Shown: positions 54,596 through 63,760 of the stretch, piece by piece | Position numbering within the stretch: position 1 is the first letter of the stretch | Layout of the letters: every line of letters begins with the position of its first letter | Assembly (NCBI GenBank): GCA_051893455.1 | Contig: JBJFHG010000064.1 | Span: 159 to 64,158 of the forward strand | Length of the DNA: 64,000 nucleotides | From: Bacillus sp. (in: firmicutes) | Lineage (GTDB): Bacteria > Bacillota > Bacilli > Bacillales > DSM-1321 | Reading direction: 5' to 3' | The notes under the pieces: generated by a model | The model's input: the letters and a program-made list of their open reading frames with translations, nothing else | Told to the model about the DNA's origin: nothing | The model's database searches: none | Translations under genes and position numbers: made by a program

Positions 54596-55030
54596 TTGAA
54601 AAATTTTAAATACTTAATTGCTTTTATTGGAATAATTTCAATTTTTATAGTAGGTTGTTCAAACGTAATAGAAACTGAAGAACAATATATAAAAGTTCAA
54701 AAGCGTATTGGTGATGAAAAAAAATATGAAGACTTCAAAGAAATCACTGATAATGAGCAAATTCAAAAAGTGAAAGAAATTTTAAACGATATTGATTGGG
54801 AAAATGCAAAAGTAGATATGGCTCACCCTGCTGATTACAGCTTCATATTTCAATTTAAAGATCCTAAAATTGAAGCAAAAGCGGTGTCATATGAACTTTG
54901 GATAAGTCCGCACAAAGATAAAGTGGAACTCATTATAGACGCTGAAAGTAAATATATTCAATTAGATACGGTTAAGTCAGCAGAACTATTTGAAATACTT
55001 ACTGGTGGAAAATTATCAGAACTAAAATAA
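54596..55030 (+). CDS. Hypothetical lipoprotein, passenger gene of the IS1595 element
   Basis: AAGGGGAG RBS, TTG start, lipobox IVGC; intact 144 aa; lies between the TIR and the transposase 3' end. Confidence 0.8.
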   Translation: MKNFKYLIAFIGIISIFIVGCSNVIETEEQYIKVQKRIGDEKKYEDFKEITDNEQIQKVKEILNDIDWENAKVDMAHPADYSFIFQFKDPKIEAKAVSYELWISPHKDKVELIIDAESKYIQLDTVKSAELFEILTGGKLSELK

Positions 55031-55059
55031 TAATTTGACCTCGATTTAGAGGTCTTTTA

Positions 55060-55740
55060 TTATGCACTTCTAAGCATTTTAACTGTTTTATAATTGGATT
55101 TTTGACAGGCTGAAATAAGCATTTGTTCTACACGTTTATCAAATGCTAAATCCTTACCTATTTCGAGCCAACGAAACCAATAGAGGTAGTTGTCCAAGTA
55201 ATTAGTTCCTACACCTTGAAATCGTTCCATTCAACCTTTTAAGCGATTGTGAAAATTATTAACGTGTTGGATATGGAATATCCCTTTCTTCACCCGTTGT
55301 TTTTGACGTTCATTAACTGTTTCGTGCAAAAGCCCTTTTAGTTTGGCGAAATTCTTATAGTTATAGTTAGTAGCTGTATCTGTGCATAGCAAAGCAGACG
55401 GGTGAATATACTCACCTATCACAATATCTATTTTTTCTGCTTTTACACGCCCTGTTCCTGCTTTACGAGCAATCATATTGCCATTTCTATCTTGTGCTAT
55501 GACAACAGCAATTTTCAGGTTAGAGATACCTCTTTTCTTATCTTTTTCTCCACGTTTCTTGGCTTTTCTGTGAGTCCACAATGTACACAGGCTAAACCAC
55601 TAAAAAATCGTTTCTCCCGAATATCTACTATTTTATTTGAAATATTGGTAGTAGAATCGGGGAATAAATCTTCTTTTATAGCAAAGAAAAGCTTTATCTG
55701 TTCATCTTTGGAAGGTCTGAAAATTGTTCATACATATCTA
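55060..55740 (-). pseudogene. IS1595-family transposase pseudogene
   Basis: N-terminal ...REKRFFSGLACVHCG joined by an internal deletion to RKAKKRG..KRGIS, LCTD...Y, HIQHVNNFHNRLK; TGA at 55231-55233, then in-frame MERFQGVGTNYLDNYLYWF...MLRSA-stop. Confidence 0.9.
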
Positions 55741-55990
55741 GCGAAATATCGCTCCTGTCATAATAGCTTCAATTATTATAACAGTATGTTATCTTCAGCA
55801 ATAAATTATACGAACATAGCCTTTTTTAAAGCACCCAGAAGTCATTTTGTTATTCGGTTATAGGATAGTATGGAAACGGAATCCACCCTTATTGCATCCT
55901 TTTGCCAATTTACTGAAACTAGAGTTAAATGTTTGTATTCTCTACAACAGGGAATCAAATAGTAGACGAACTTCAGAAAGGGGTTTTTGG

Positions 55991-56281
55991 ATGAAGGAAT
56001 GGATGAAGAAGCTGACTACGGGCACTTTGGCTGCCGGTCTCGTCTTGGGAGGCTTGACGGCCTGCGGTGATGACAACGAAGAAGATACGGATAATCCTTT
56101 AAACGAAAATCAGAATGATGGGAATAATCCGGATGAGAACAATGAGAATGAAATCGGACCTGATGATGAACTGAATGAAGAAGACTCAGAGAAAGACAAT
56201 ATGGAAGAAGACCAAGGGGAGCAGCTTGAGGACGAAAGCGACCGTTTGGAGGAAGATGAAGACGCAGAAAACGAGAATTGA
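55991..56281 (+). CDS. Small acidic (D/E/N-rich) lipoprotein
   Basis: AAAGGGG RBS, signal peptide with lipobox LTAC, followed by a low-complexity acidic tail. Confidence 0.8.
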   Translation: MKEWMKKLTTGTLAAGLVLGGLTACGDDNEEDTDNPLNENQNDGNNPDENNENEIGPDDELNEEDSEKDNMEEDQGEQLEDESDRLEEDEDAENEN

Positions 56282-56466
56282 TAAGGATCGGGCAAAGGAA
56301 AAGACACCATGTCTTTCCTTTTTGCTATGCTGTATATTCTCCAAACTGTCAAACTCTTTTTAGAGAAAATTCTTTTTATCACAGTATAATGATTTCATTC
56401 TAAACAGAATGAACAAAGCGTATGTTTATGAATATACTAATGAAAAAGGACAAAGGACTGAATGAA

Positions 56467-56613
56467 ATGGAAAAGAAATATTGTAAATACTGCAATAATC
56501 TAACTGCTGTCAACGGAGTTTGTGAAAAATGCGGACATGATGACTTCCAAAGCATCATTATTTCTGTGCAATCAAATCCGGATGCTGCAGAAGCTAACTC
56601 TCTACAAAAATAG
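56467..56613 (+). CDS. Zinc-ribbon microprotein (48 aa)
   Basis: AAAGGA RBS; YCKYC and CEKCG pairs. Confidence 0.6.
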   Translation: MEKKYCKYCNNLTAVNGVCEKCGHDDFQSIIISVQSNPDAAEANSLQK

Positions 56614-56696
56614 AAAACAATGACAATTATCGGTGCATGAACCTTTAGCTTTGCTTATAATAGAAAGAAAGTGCTTAAAAAGCATAGGGGGACTTT

Positions 56697-57779
56697 ATGA
56701 GGAAAATTAAAGAGTTCCAGCTCAGATTCCTTGAAAAGGAATTATCCTACTTGAAGGATCAAGGTGCCGGTGTTCATTTAAACCCAGATGAACTGGAAAA
56801 ATACTATGAAGTGGAACAAAGCAAAAACAGCGGTACCGCGACAACGGTATTATGGGTTGGGGCAGTACTCATCGGTATCGGCATTTTAAGCTTTATTGCT
56901 TCCAATTGGTCGAATATTTCGCCAGCAGGGAAATACATGATCATCATTGCCGGTGTCGTCGGCTTTTTCTATTCTGCTTGGAAAACGGAAAGGATTATTC
57001 CGAATACGTCAAGGGCGTTGTACTACATCGGGGGATTTTTGTTCGGGGCAGGCATATTTTTGATCGGCCAGGCATTCCATCTTGGAGGCCAGGTTTACCC
57101 TGCATTCTTGTGGTGGGCAATTGGTCTCTTGCCGATGGCCTATTATCTAAAGGACAAAGCGGTGCTTCTTTTTTCGGTCGTTTTATTGTCTGCGTACAGC
57201 TTTGAAATCTACTTCGTGGAATCATACCCGTTTATGCTGTTGGCAGCTATACCAGCCATCTACTACATTAATCATCGGGCACTGAACAGGTCAGCGGCAG
57301 TCTTTTTGCTGAATTCAGCCTTATTGGTTCAATTCATCCATTCGCAACTATGGTTTTTTGACGTGAATCAATTTTTTGTGATTGGCAGTCTGTTTATCGC
57401 CGGTCTCCTTATCAGCAAGTGGGCCGTCCAAGGATATGCCAAAGCGACTGAAACGCTCGGCACGGCGATTCATGGGGGATACGGAGTTGTTCTAACACTT
57501 CCTTGGACCTGGAATATCCTATTCGGAGATGCATTTTCCGATATTGCTGCTATCATATTTGCTGTTGCTTACGGCTTATATGTCATCTATTTGGTCAAAG
57601 ACGGGAAGCTATTGCCGATTCTGATTCTTTCTGCTATCATCTTGCGGTTTTATATTGACCTCTCCTATGACTTCCTGCCGAGAAGCCTTTTCTTCGTGAT
57701 TGGCGGGATAGTTCTTTTGGCATTCGGTTTTTGGTTTGAGTGGAGAAGGAGAGGGGGGACAGATGATGCGAAGGAATGA
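56697..57779 (+). CDS. DUF2157 membrane protein
   Basis: GA.LIG.GILSFIASNW, GAGIFLIGQ.FH, W..G.LP; multi-pass; C-terminal SLFF..GG. Confidence 0.85.
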   Translation: MRKIKEFQLRFLEKELSYLKDQGAGVHLNPDELEKYYEVEQSKNSGTATTVLWVGAVLIGIGILSFIASNWSNISPAGKYMIIIAGVVGFFYSAWKTERIIPNTSRALYYIGGFLFGAGIFLIGQAFHLGGQVYPAFLWWAIGLLPMAYYLKDKAVLLFSVVLLSAYSFEIYFVESYPFMLLAAIPAIYYINHRALNRSAAVFLLNSALLVQFIHSQLWFFDVNQFFVIGSLFIAGLLISKWAVQGYAKATETLGTAIHGGYGVVLTLPWTWNILFGDAFSDIAAIIFAVAYGLYVIYLVKDGKLLPILILSAIILRFYIDLSYDFLPRSLFFVIGGIVLLAFGFWFEWRRRGGTDDAKE

Positions 57780-58296
57780 TCGCAAATTTTATCTCATCAT
57801 GGGGGTTCCCTTACTGATCCTGTTTGGTTTACTGTTCAAGCCGCTTTCGACTGTGTTTTTTGGTGAAGAAGTTCTTCTTGGCACTGTGCCGGTCGATCCT
57901 GTTGATCTATTTTACGGAGACTATGTCCAGCTCGAATTGGATGTGGAAACCATACCGGCTGACAAAATGGATGCCGGATTAAAATCCAAAGTAAAGGAAA
58001 TGGAAGAACGGTACCGATCCGGACTGAAGGTTTATTCTACTTTAGAGGAAGATGAAGGATTGTTCACTGTCAAAGGAGCCTCTTTGGAAAAACCGAAAAC
58101 AGGTAATTATCTGAAAGGGACATACGTCTATACGGATGAGACAGGAGCCATCCATGTGGATTACGGATTGAATCGTTTTTATCTCGAGGAAGGCAGCGGC
58201 CTAGAAATCGAAGAATATGCCCAAAAGGGCAAAGTTAAGGTTTTAGCAAAAGTTTCAAATGGGTATGCCATCATGAAGGAACTCATTCCTGAATGA
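57763..58296 (+). CDS. GDYXXLXY domain protein
   Basis: G.EV.L.T.PVDP.DLF.GDYVQL, YGL.RFY.EEG.G; overlaps the DUF2157 gene. Confidence 0.88.
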   Translation: MMRRNDRKFYLIMGVPLLILFGLLFKPLSTVFFGEEVLLGTVPVDPVDLFYGDYVQLELDVETIPADKMDAGLKSKVKEMEERYRSGLKVYSTLEEDEGLFTVKGASLEKPKTGNYLKGTYVYTDETGAIHVDYGLNRFYLEEGSGLEIEEYAQKGKVKVLAKVSNGYAIMKELIPE

Positions 58297-58347
58297 TTCA
58301 ACCTATTAAAGAAAAAGCAGCAATTTTAGCATTGATTTATATAATAT

Positions 58348-58378
58348 GAAGCCGTTTCTTTGAAGCGGCTTCTTTTTT
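58348..58378 (+). terminator. Terminator after the GDYXXLXY gene
   Basis: GAAGCCGTTTC/GAAGCGGCTTC followed by TTTTTT. Confidence 0.8.
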
Positions 58379-58387
58379 GGCTGATGT

Positions 58388-58835
58388 CGTAGAGGTGATG
58401 GTTATAAATACGAAGATTTCAGAGAAATCATTGATAATGAGCAAGTGCAAAAAAGTGGAAGATATACTAGAAGATATTGAATGGGAAAAGCTATGGCTTG
58501 CCCTCCTGATTACAGTTTTGTATATCAATTTAAAAACCTGAAATATAATCAAAAGTGGTATTATATGAATTTTGGATAAGTCCGAAAAAAGAAAAAGTGG
58601 AACTTGTAAGTGCTGAAAGCGAGTCTATTCAATTAGACAAGAATAAGTCAGCAGAACTATTTGCAATACTTACTGGCGGTAAATTTATCGCACCTAAATT
58701 AAGAATTCGCCCTCGAATTAGGGGTTTTTATTATGCGCTTCTAAGCATTCCAGCCGCTATATGAGTTGATTTTCGACACGATGAAATAAGGATTTACTCA
58801 TCACGCTTATCAAATGCTAAAGTCCGATCTATCTC
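58388..58835. pseudogene. Eroded second copy of the IS1595 passenger lipoprotein gene plus transposase 3' end
   Basis: Colinear with 54704-55165; shared blocks include GATAATGAGCAA, CTGATTACAG, TTTGGATAAGTCCG, TAAGTCAGCAGAACTATTTG, TTTTATTATGC.CTTCTAAGCATT and TTATCAAATGCTAAA; contains frameshifts. Confidence 0.88.
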
Positions 58836-58927
58836 ACAATAACAGCTGGTTAAATGGAATTGTTAAAAGGTATCTCCTTCAAGTTAATCGAATTTATATA
58901 ATAATAGTTTTACTAGGAGGTGAACAC

Positions 58928-59721
58928 ATGCAGGCAATACAGATAGAGGAAATACCTGAAGAAATAAAACAGAATGTGCATACCATCTACAGCATTCATT
59001 TTCCGCCGCAGGGCTGCACGTCGAATGTGGCGATGATTAAAAGTAAGAAAGGCGATTTTATTCTGAAAAGAATCGTAGGGGAACAATTTTGCGATTGGTT
59101 ACATAAAGAAGTGATCGTATTACGGTGTTTGGCAGAGGATACAGAACTTCCTGTTCCGAAAGTCAGGAAGTTCCTGGAACAAAAGCATCAAGGCCAATCC
59201 TGGCTGCTTATGGAATTACTGGAGGGGGAAACGTTAAGGGTTTCGTTAATGAAAGAAAAAAACAAAGAACGAAGACAAGAAATGATTTATCATTTCGGAA
59301 AGCAGTTATCGCGTATCCATACCACCCCTTGTCCCAAGCCTCTGATGAATAAACAGCCGTGGCTGGACCGCATGCTGGCCCAGGCGGCAGTCAATCTGGA
59401 AAAATATGAGGTGGATGGCACGATAACTTTACTTAAACATCTGAAGATAAACAAACCGGATGTACCAAAACAAACGTTGATCCATGGCGATTATACAATC
59501 GATAATGTGCTGATCTCAGACGGAAAAATGACAGGTATTATTGATTGGAGCGGTGGTGTTTGTGGAGACCCGCGATACGATGTGGCGTTGGCTGTCCGCC
59601 CAAACCGTATGTATTTGGAAGCACGGAAGACAAGGTCTGTTTTTTCGAAGGATATGGTGAGTCAATAGCGGATGAGCATATACTAGATTACTATTCAAAG
59701 GGACTATACGAGTTCTTTTGA
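58928..59721 (+). pseudogene. Aminoglycoside phosphotransferase (APH)-family kinase with a C-terminal frameshift
   Basis: AGGAGG RBS; QGCTS, LPVPKV, HGDYTIDN, IIDW, GDPRYD; near 59600 a plausible tail (PKP..F...FFEGYG...GLYEFF-stop 59721) continues in another frame. Confidence 0.75.
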
Positions 59722-59739
59722 CAAGAAAGGGAGTTAAGG

Positions 59740-60141
59740 ATGCAGAAAGGTTTGATTCACCATATTGAGTTGTATGTATCGGATTTGCAGGTATCCAAAC
59801 AATTCTGGGGGTGGCTGTTGGAGGAGGAGCTGGGGTTTAATGTGGACCGGGAATGGAAGGGAGGTGTAAGCTACCGGCTGGGGGATGGCTACATTGTCTT
59901 TTGCGAGGCGAAAGAGGCATACTTGGATATTCCTTATCACAGATGCAGGGTCGGTTTAAACCATCTGGCTTTTCATGCTGATTCGAAACAGCATGTTGAT
60001 GACATTAAGGATAAGCTGCAAGCAAAGGGGATCAAGCCGCTTTACGAAGACAGATACCCTTATGCAGGCGGGGAGGATCATTATGCTTTATTTTTTGAAG
60101 ACCCGGATCGGATCAAAGTGGAAGTGGTTGCCCCGGAATAA
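59740..60141 (+). CDS. VOC/glyoxalase family protein
   Basis: HHIELYVSDL, GLNHLAFHA, YALFFEDPDRIKVEVV. Confidence 0.93.
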   Translation: MQKGLIHHIELYVSDLQVSKQFWGWLLEEELGFNVDREWKGGVSYRLGDGYIVFCEAKEAYLDIPYHRCRVGLNHLAFHADSKQHVDDIKDKLQAKGIKPLYEDRYPYAGGEDHYALFFEDPDRIKVEVVAPE

Positions 60142-60601
60142 GAGGTGCTTGGTGAAAGTTAGGAATTTAAATGCAAAACATATAAAGGGTAAACACTTCT
60201 TTAATGTAACGGTGTGCTCCCTAATATGTATTTTTTCAATATGTCCCGAAGGAGCGGACAGCATAGCATTCCTCTGCTCAGTATTATGTTGGTACAATAC
60301 CAATGATTCTATCTTCGGTAGTTTGTTGATCATCTCATGAGTTGTCTCACAGTCCGATATTGAAAGTGTAACGAAATTGGTTTTGAAATAAGGTAGTAAG
60401 CCTTCAGGGGGCGCTACCTTTTATGTTTCTTGTATTGGATAATATGGTACCTGTTGTTAGATACTTTAAAAAAGAATGTTCCATCTAGAGGTACCATAAT
60501 ACTAAGAAACAAGTAAGTTTTAAAGTCTAGTAGAGAACCCCTTTTACATTCATATCTAAAAAAAGAGGCTGCAACGATGTGTTACAGCTCCTTTTCGTCT
60601 C

Positions 60602-62986
60602 TTATTTAGGTAATAATGTCAATGTCTGATCTTCATTAGTTGCTTCATTAAGTGTCGTTACATGATAGTCTCCTGTCGCCCAATCTTCAAATTGATTGCT
60701 ATACCATTCGCTTTTGAAATGTCCGGATTGCCCGGGCGCAACAATATGATGGGCTTGGGTCATATCGCTTGTGTCAATGACATATCGCCAAGAAGCACCA
60801 TGATTAACCACACCTGTTTCATCATTTCGTCTAGCGGCTTGAACAGTCACAGCACTTCCGTTAACAGGTATTGCTTGTTTACTATTGAAAATAAGCTGCA
60901 GTGGACTCACGCTAGATAATGGATGTGAAAATTGCAGTTGATGCTCATCTCCCCATTGCCATTTGCTTATATTGTCTCCATAGCGTTCAGATAATGTATC
61001 GATTGTTTGTTTCAAGGCATCATGAACGACTTCTGACAAACCACCGTTATTTGCAATCCAAGGACCTTCATTTCCTTCATTGGCACGGCGAATTAGTTCG
61101 TCAATCACTTGTGCTTTGCCTTCAAAAAGTTCCATCATTTCATCTGAAATTTTCTCTCCAAACAAAATGTTCGAGATTTCTAACAACATCGTTTGAAATA
61201 GTAATGGAGCAGTCTCTGCTTGATCATCTTCAAAATCCCACTCACTTAATATTGTAACGGCTTCTTGCTCTTGTTCACTTAATGTTTGCTTTGATAATTG
61301 TTCAAGGAAAATAGGAACAAATTCTTCTGCTTGTAGATTTTTAATATCCATTTGAAGATCTTTCATATCTTCTACTGTAAATGTTTCTTTTGAGTTTAAA
61401 ATCTCTAAAATACGTTGTTGACGATATGGTTGTGCCCATATATTCGAAATATGGTACGGATATGAATCGTCTACAATTTTATTATTTGCGGTAGCAATAA
61501 AACCTTCTTCAGGGTTGATGATTGTCGGCAATTCATTATGTGGAATATAGCGTTCCCACTCATAATCATCATTCCAACCTGGAACTGGCACTAAACTTTC
61601 GCCGTTTTTTCGAATTGGGATATTCCCTGATGCTTTGTAGGCAATTGTTCCATCTTTTGCTGCGAATACAAAATTGGATGCCGGTGCTTTAAAGTGTTCT
61701 ATAGCTGCATCGAACTCTTCCCAATTACTTGCTTTATTCATCGCTGGAATGGCTTCTAAATCTTGCGTCGATTCTAAAGCTGTCCATTTCAATGAAAGTA
61801 CAGTATCGCTTTCGTTATCATGCGCAAATTCCGAAATGACAGGACCATGGCGAGTAACCATTACTTCATAGTCAATCGCTTCTTGGCCTTTTACTTTTAT
61901 GGTTTCTGTAATAATCTCTGCGTCTACCCATTTATCATTATATAAATACTGGTTTGGGTTATCAGGATTTATCTTTTCTATGTACACATCTTGTACATCT
62001 GGTCCTACATTTGTAATCCCCCATGCAATGTCTTCGTTATGCCCAATTATAATACCTGGAATTCCCGCAAACGTAACACCACTCATATTTTGCTTGTTTG
62101 ATTGTAAAGTTGATTGGTACCATATTGCGGGTGTCATTAATCCTAAATGTGGATCATCTGCCAAAAGTGCCGAGCCGCTTTCACTTTTCTCTCCACTGAT
62201 TACCCAGTTATTACTGCCATTGAACTCATCTGGAATATGTGCACTAGCAAAGCTTTGTTCCCAATCAATGTCACCTGCTTCAATAACAGTCGGTGCCTCT
62301 TCTGGATAAGTAGGGAATAAATCTAATGCCTCTTCTTCTGTAAATTCGCTTAATAGATAACTGCGAAAGACTTGTCCTTCCCAATGTCCACCTAAATCAT
62401 AAGCCATGTATTTAGCGATTGTTAAAGAATCAATAATCGTCCATTCTGAAGGTTCATAACCTAACAATGTGAATTCAACTGGAAGTTTATTATCAGAAAT
62501 GGCTTCTTTCATAAACATATTGACACCATCTGCATAGCATTGTAGGTACTCTTTCATTTCATCTGAATAACCTTCATAAGAAGCTTCAGCAGCACGTCTC
62601 AAACCGAACGTACGAAAAAATTTATCCTGCTCTAATAAGCTTTCTCCGATAACCTCACTTAATTGTCCTGAGGCCTGTCTTCTACTTAAATCCATTTGAA
62701 ACAGACGGTCTTGAGCCGTTATATATCCTTGTGCCATATATAAATCATGATCGTTTTCCGCTGTTATATGCGGCACGCCTTCTTCATCGCGTACAACAGT
62801 AACTTTATCTATTAATCCTTCAAGCTTTATTTCTCCTGAAATTTGAGGCAATGAACGCTTTGCATACATATTAGCTGCAACGAAAAGAGCTGCAAAAGCC
62901 ATCACTAGTCCAAGAATAGAAAAACCAATAATCTTGGGCCACCTTCGTTTTTTATGTTTTGTTTGATGATTTACATTCATTTGCAT
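60602..62986 (-). CDS. Penicillin acylase family (Ntn-hydrolase, peptidase S45) protein
   Basis: RD..GVPHI.A, AQDRLFQMDL.RR, GSNNWV (catalytic Ser), DPHL, TRHGPV, ATANN, PGQSGH..S..Y..Q; N-terminal TM; visibly AT-richer than the core genes. Confidence 0.95.
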   Translation of the reverse strand: MQMNVNHQTKHKKRRWPKIIGFSILGLVMAFAALFVAANMYAKRSLPQISGEIKLEGLIDKVTVVRDEEGVPHITAENDHDLYMAQGYITAQDRLFQMDLSRRQASGQLSEVIGESLLEQDKFFRTFGLRRAAEASYEGYSDEMKEYLQCYADGVNMFMKEAISDNKLPVEFTLLGYEPSEWTIIDSLTIAKYMAYDLGGHWEGQVFRSYLLSEFTEEEALDLFPTYPEEAPTVIEAGDIDWEQSFASAHIPDEFNGSNNWVISGEKSESGSALLADDPHLGLMTPAIWYQSTLQSNKQNMSGVTFAGIPGIIIGHNEDIAWGITNVGPDVQDVYIEKINPDNPNQYLYNDKWVDAEIITETIKVKGQEAIDYEVMVTRHGPVISEFAHDNESDTVLSLKWTALESTQDLEAIPAMNKASNWEEFDAAIEHFKAPASNFVFAAKDGTIAYKASGNIPIRKNGESLVPVPGWNDDYEWERYIPHNELPTIINPEEGFIATANNKIVDDSYPYHISNIWAQPYRQQRILEILNSKETFTVEDMKDLQMDIKNLQAEEFVPIFLEQLSKQTLSEQEQEAVTILSEWDFEDDQAETAPLLFQTMLLEISNILFGEKISDEMMELFEGKAQVIDELIRRANEGNEGPWIANNGGLSEVVHDALKQTIDTLSERYGDNISKWQWGDEHQLQFSHPLSSVSPLQLIFNSKQAIPVNGSAVTVQAARRNDETGVVNHGASWRYVIDTSDMTQAHHIVAPGQSGHFKSEWYSNQFEDWATGDYHVTTLNEATNEDQTLTLLPK

Positions 62987-63125
62987 AATCAGTATGCTCT
63001 CCTTATCAATAAAAATCATTTTATGATATTTGTACGACGTATGAAGTACAAAGTATTTATTCATTTGTTTTCACTGAATCAATCAGTCCCAAGAGTGAGA
63101 TAAATTCCTTAAGGCATTAGCCCTT

Positions 63126-63461
63126 TTAGATGGGGAAAGTAATATAAATAAAGAACTGAAGGGCAAGCAAATCTAAGCACTCCGGACCTGTATGACTGCC
63201 GATGGTTGGGCTAATATCAGTGATGAATACTTGTGTGAAAGACTGTTCTACTTCTAGCTCGGCTTTAAATGTTAATGTTTTATCAAGATTATGAGAATGT
63301 ACAATGCAGATCATTTCCTAATCTTCTGTAAAACTACTCGCTGTCCATCGTACATTCAGAACCATATGTTGTCCTTACAACGAAATTTTAATATCATATT
63401 TTTTAATTACCTCAGCAGATGTATCGCAGCTTCCATCTGTAAAGATTGAAATGTTCTTCAT
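63126..63461 (-). pseudogene. DegV family protein remnant (internally deleted, with stops)
   Basis: GGGAGG RBS, MKNISIFTDGSCD N-terminus and ISPTIGSHTGP C-terminus within about 110 codons, with internal stops. Confidence 0.8.
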
Positions 63462-63608
63462 GAAAACCTCCCTTAGTTGTTAAACACTGTGTTGTATAAA
63501 ATTTGTTATCATTGTATAATGATGCAATCATGACTTCAATCAGCAATTAACTATAAAATGTAAGTTATTAAACAATATATAATAATCTGTTTATGAATAA
63601 GAGTAAAA

Positions 63609-63760
63609 ATGAAAGATCGTAGAGTAAGATATACTAAAAAAGTAATTTGAGATAAATTTATTGAATTGTTTGAACGAAAACCAATCAATAAGAATTCGGT
63701 AACCGAGTTATGTTCACAATGTGGAATCAATTGGGCTACGTTTTCACCGATATTATGATG
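63609..63760 (+). pseudogene. TetR family regulator remnant
   Basis: MKDRRVRYTKKVI-stop-DKFIEL...KPI...SVTELC...GIN.ATF; divergent from the DegV remnant. Confidence 0.75.

Larger units (their letters stand above)
54489..55821. mobile_element. IS1595-family element with passenger gene and defective transposase
   Basis: 25-bp imperfect TIRs GGCTGTTTTCTAAAAGTTTGTTGCT and (reverse complement) GGCTATGTTCGTATAATTTATTGCT, 18/25 identical by eye; AT-rich; contains the transposase remnant; no target duplication visible. Confidence 0.8.

Noticed and set aside
55402-55863. 153-aa plus-strand ORF
   Set aside because: Antisense to the transposase remnant and crosses the TIR; no supporting features.
60152-60391. 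Possible decayed small gene after the VOC gene (GTG with GAGGTG RBS, internal stop)
   Set aside because: No recognisable homology by eye; not enough support to call.
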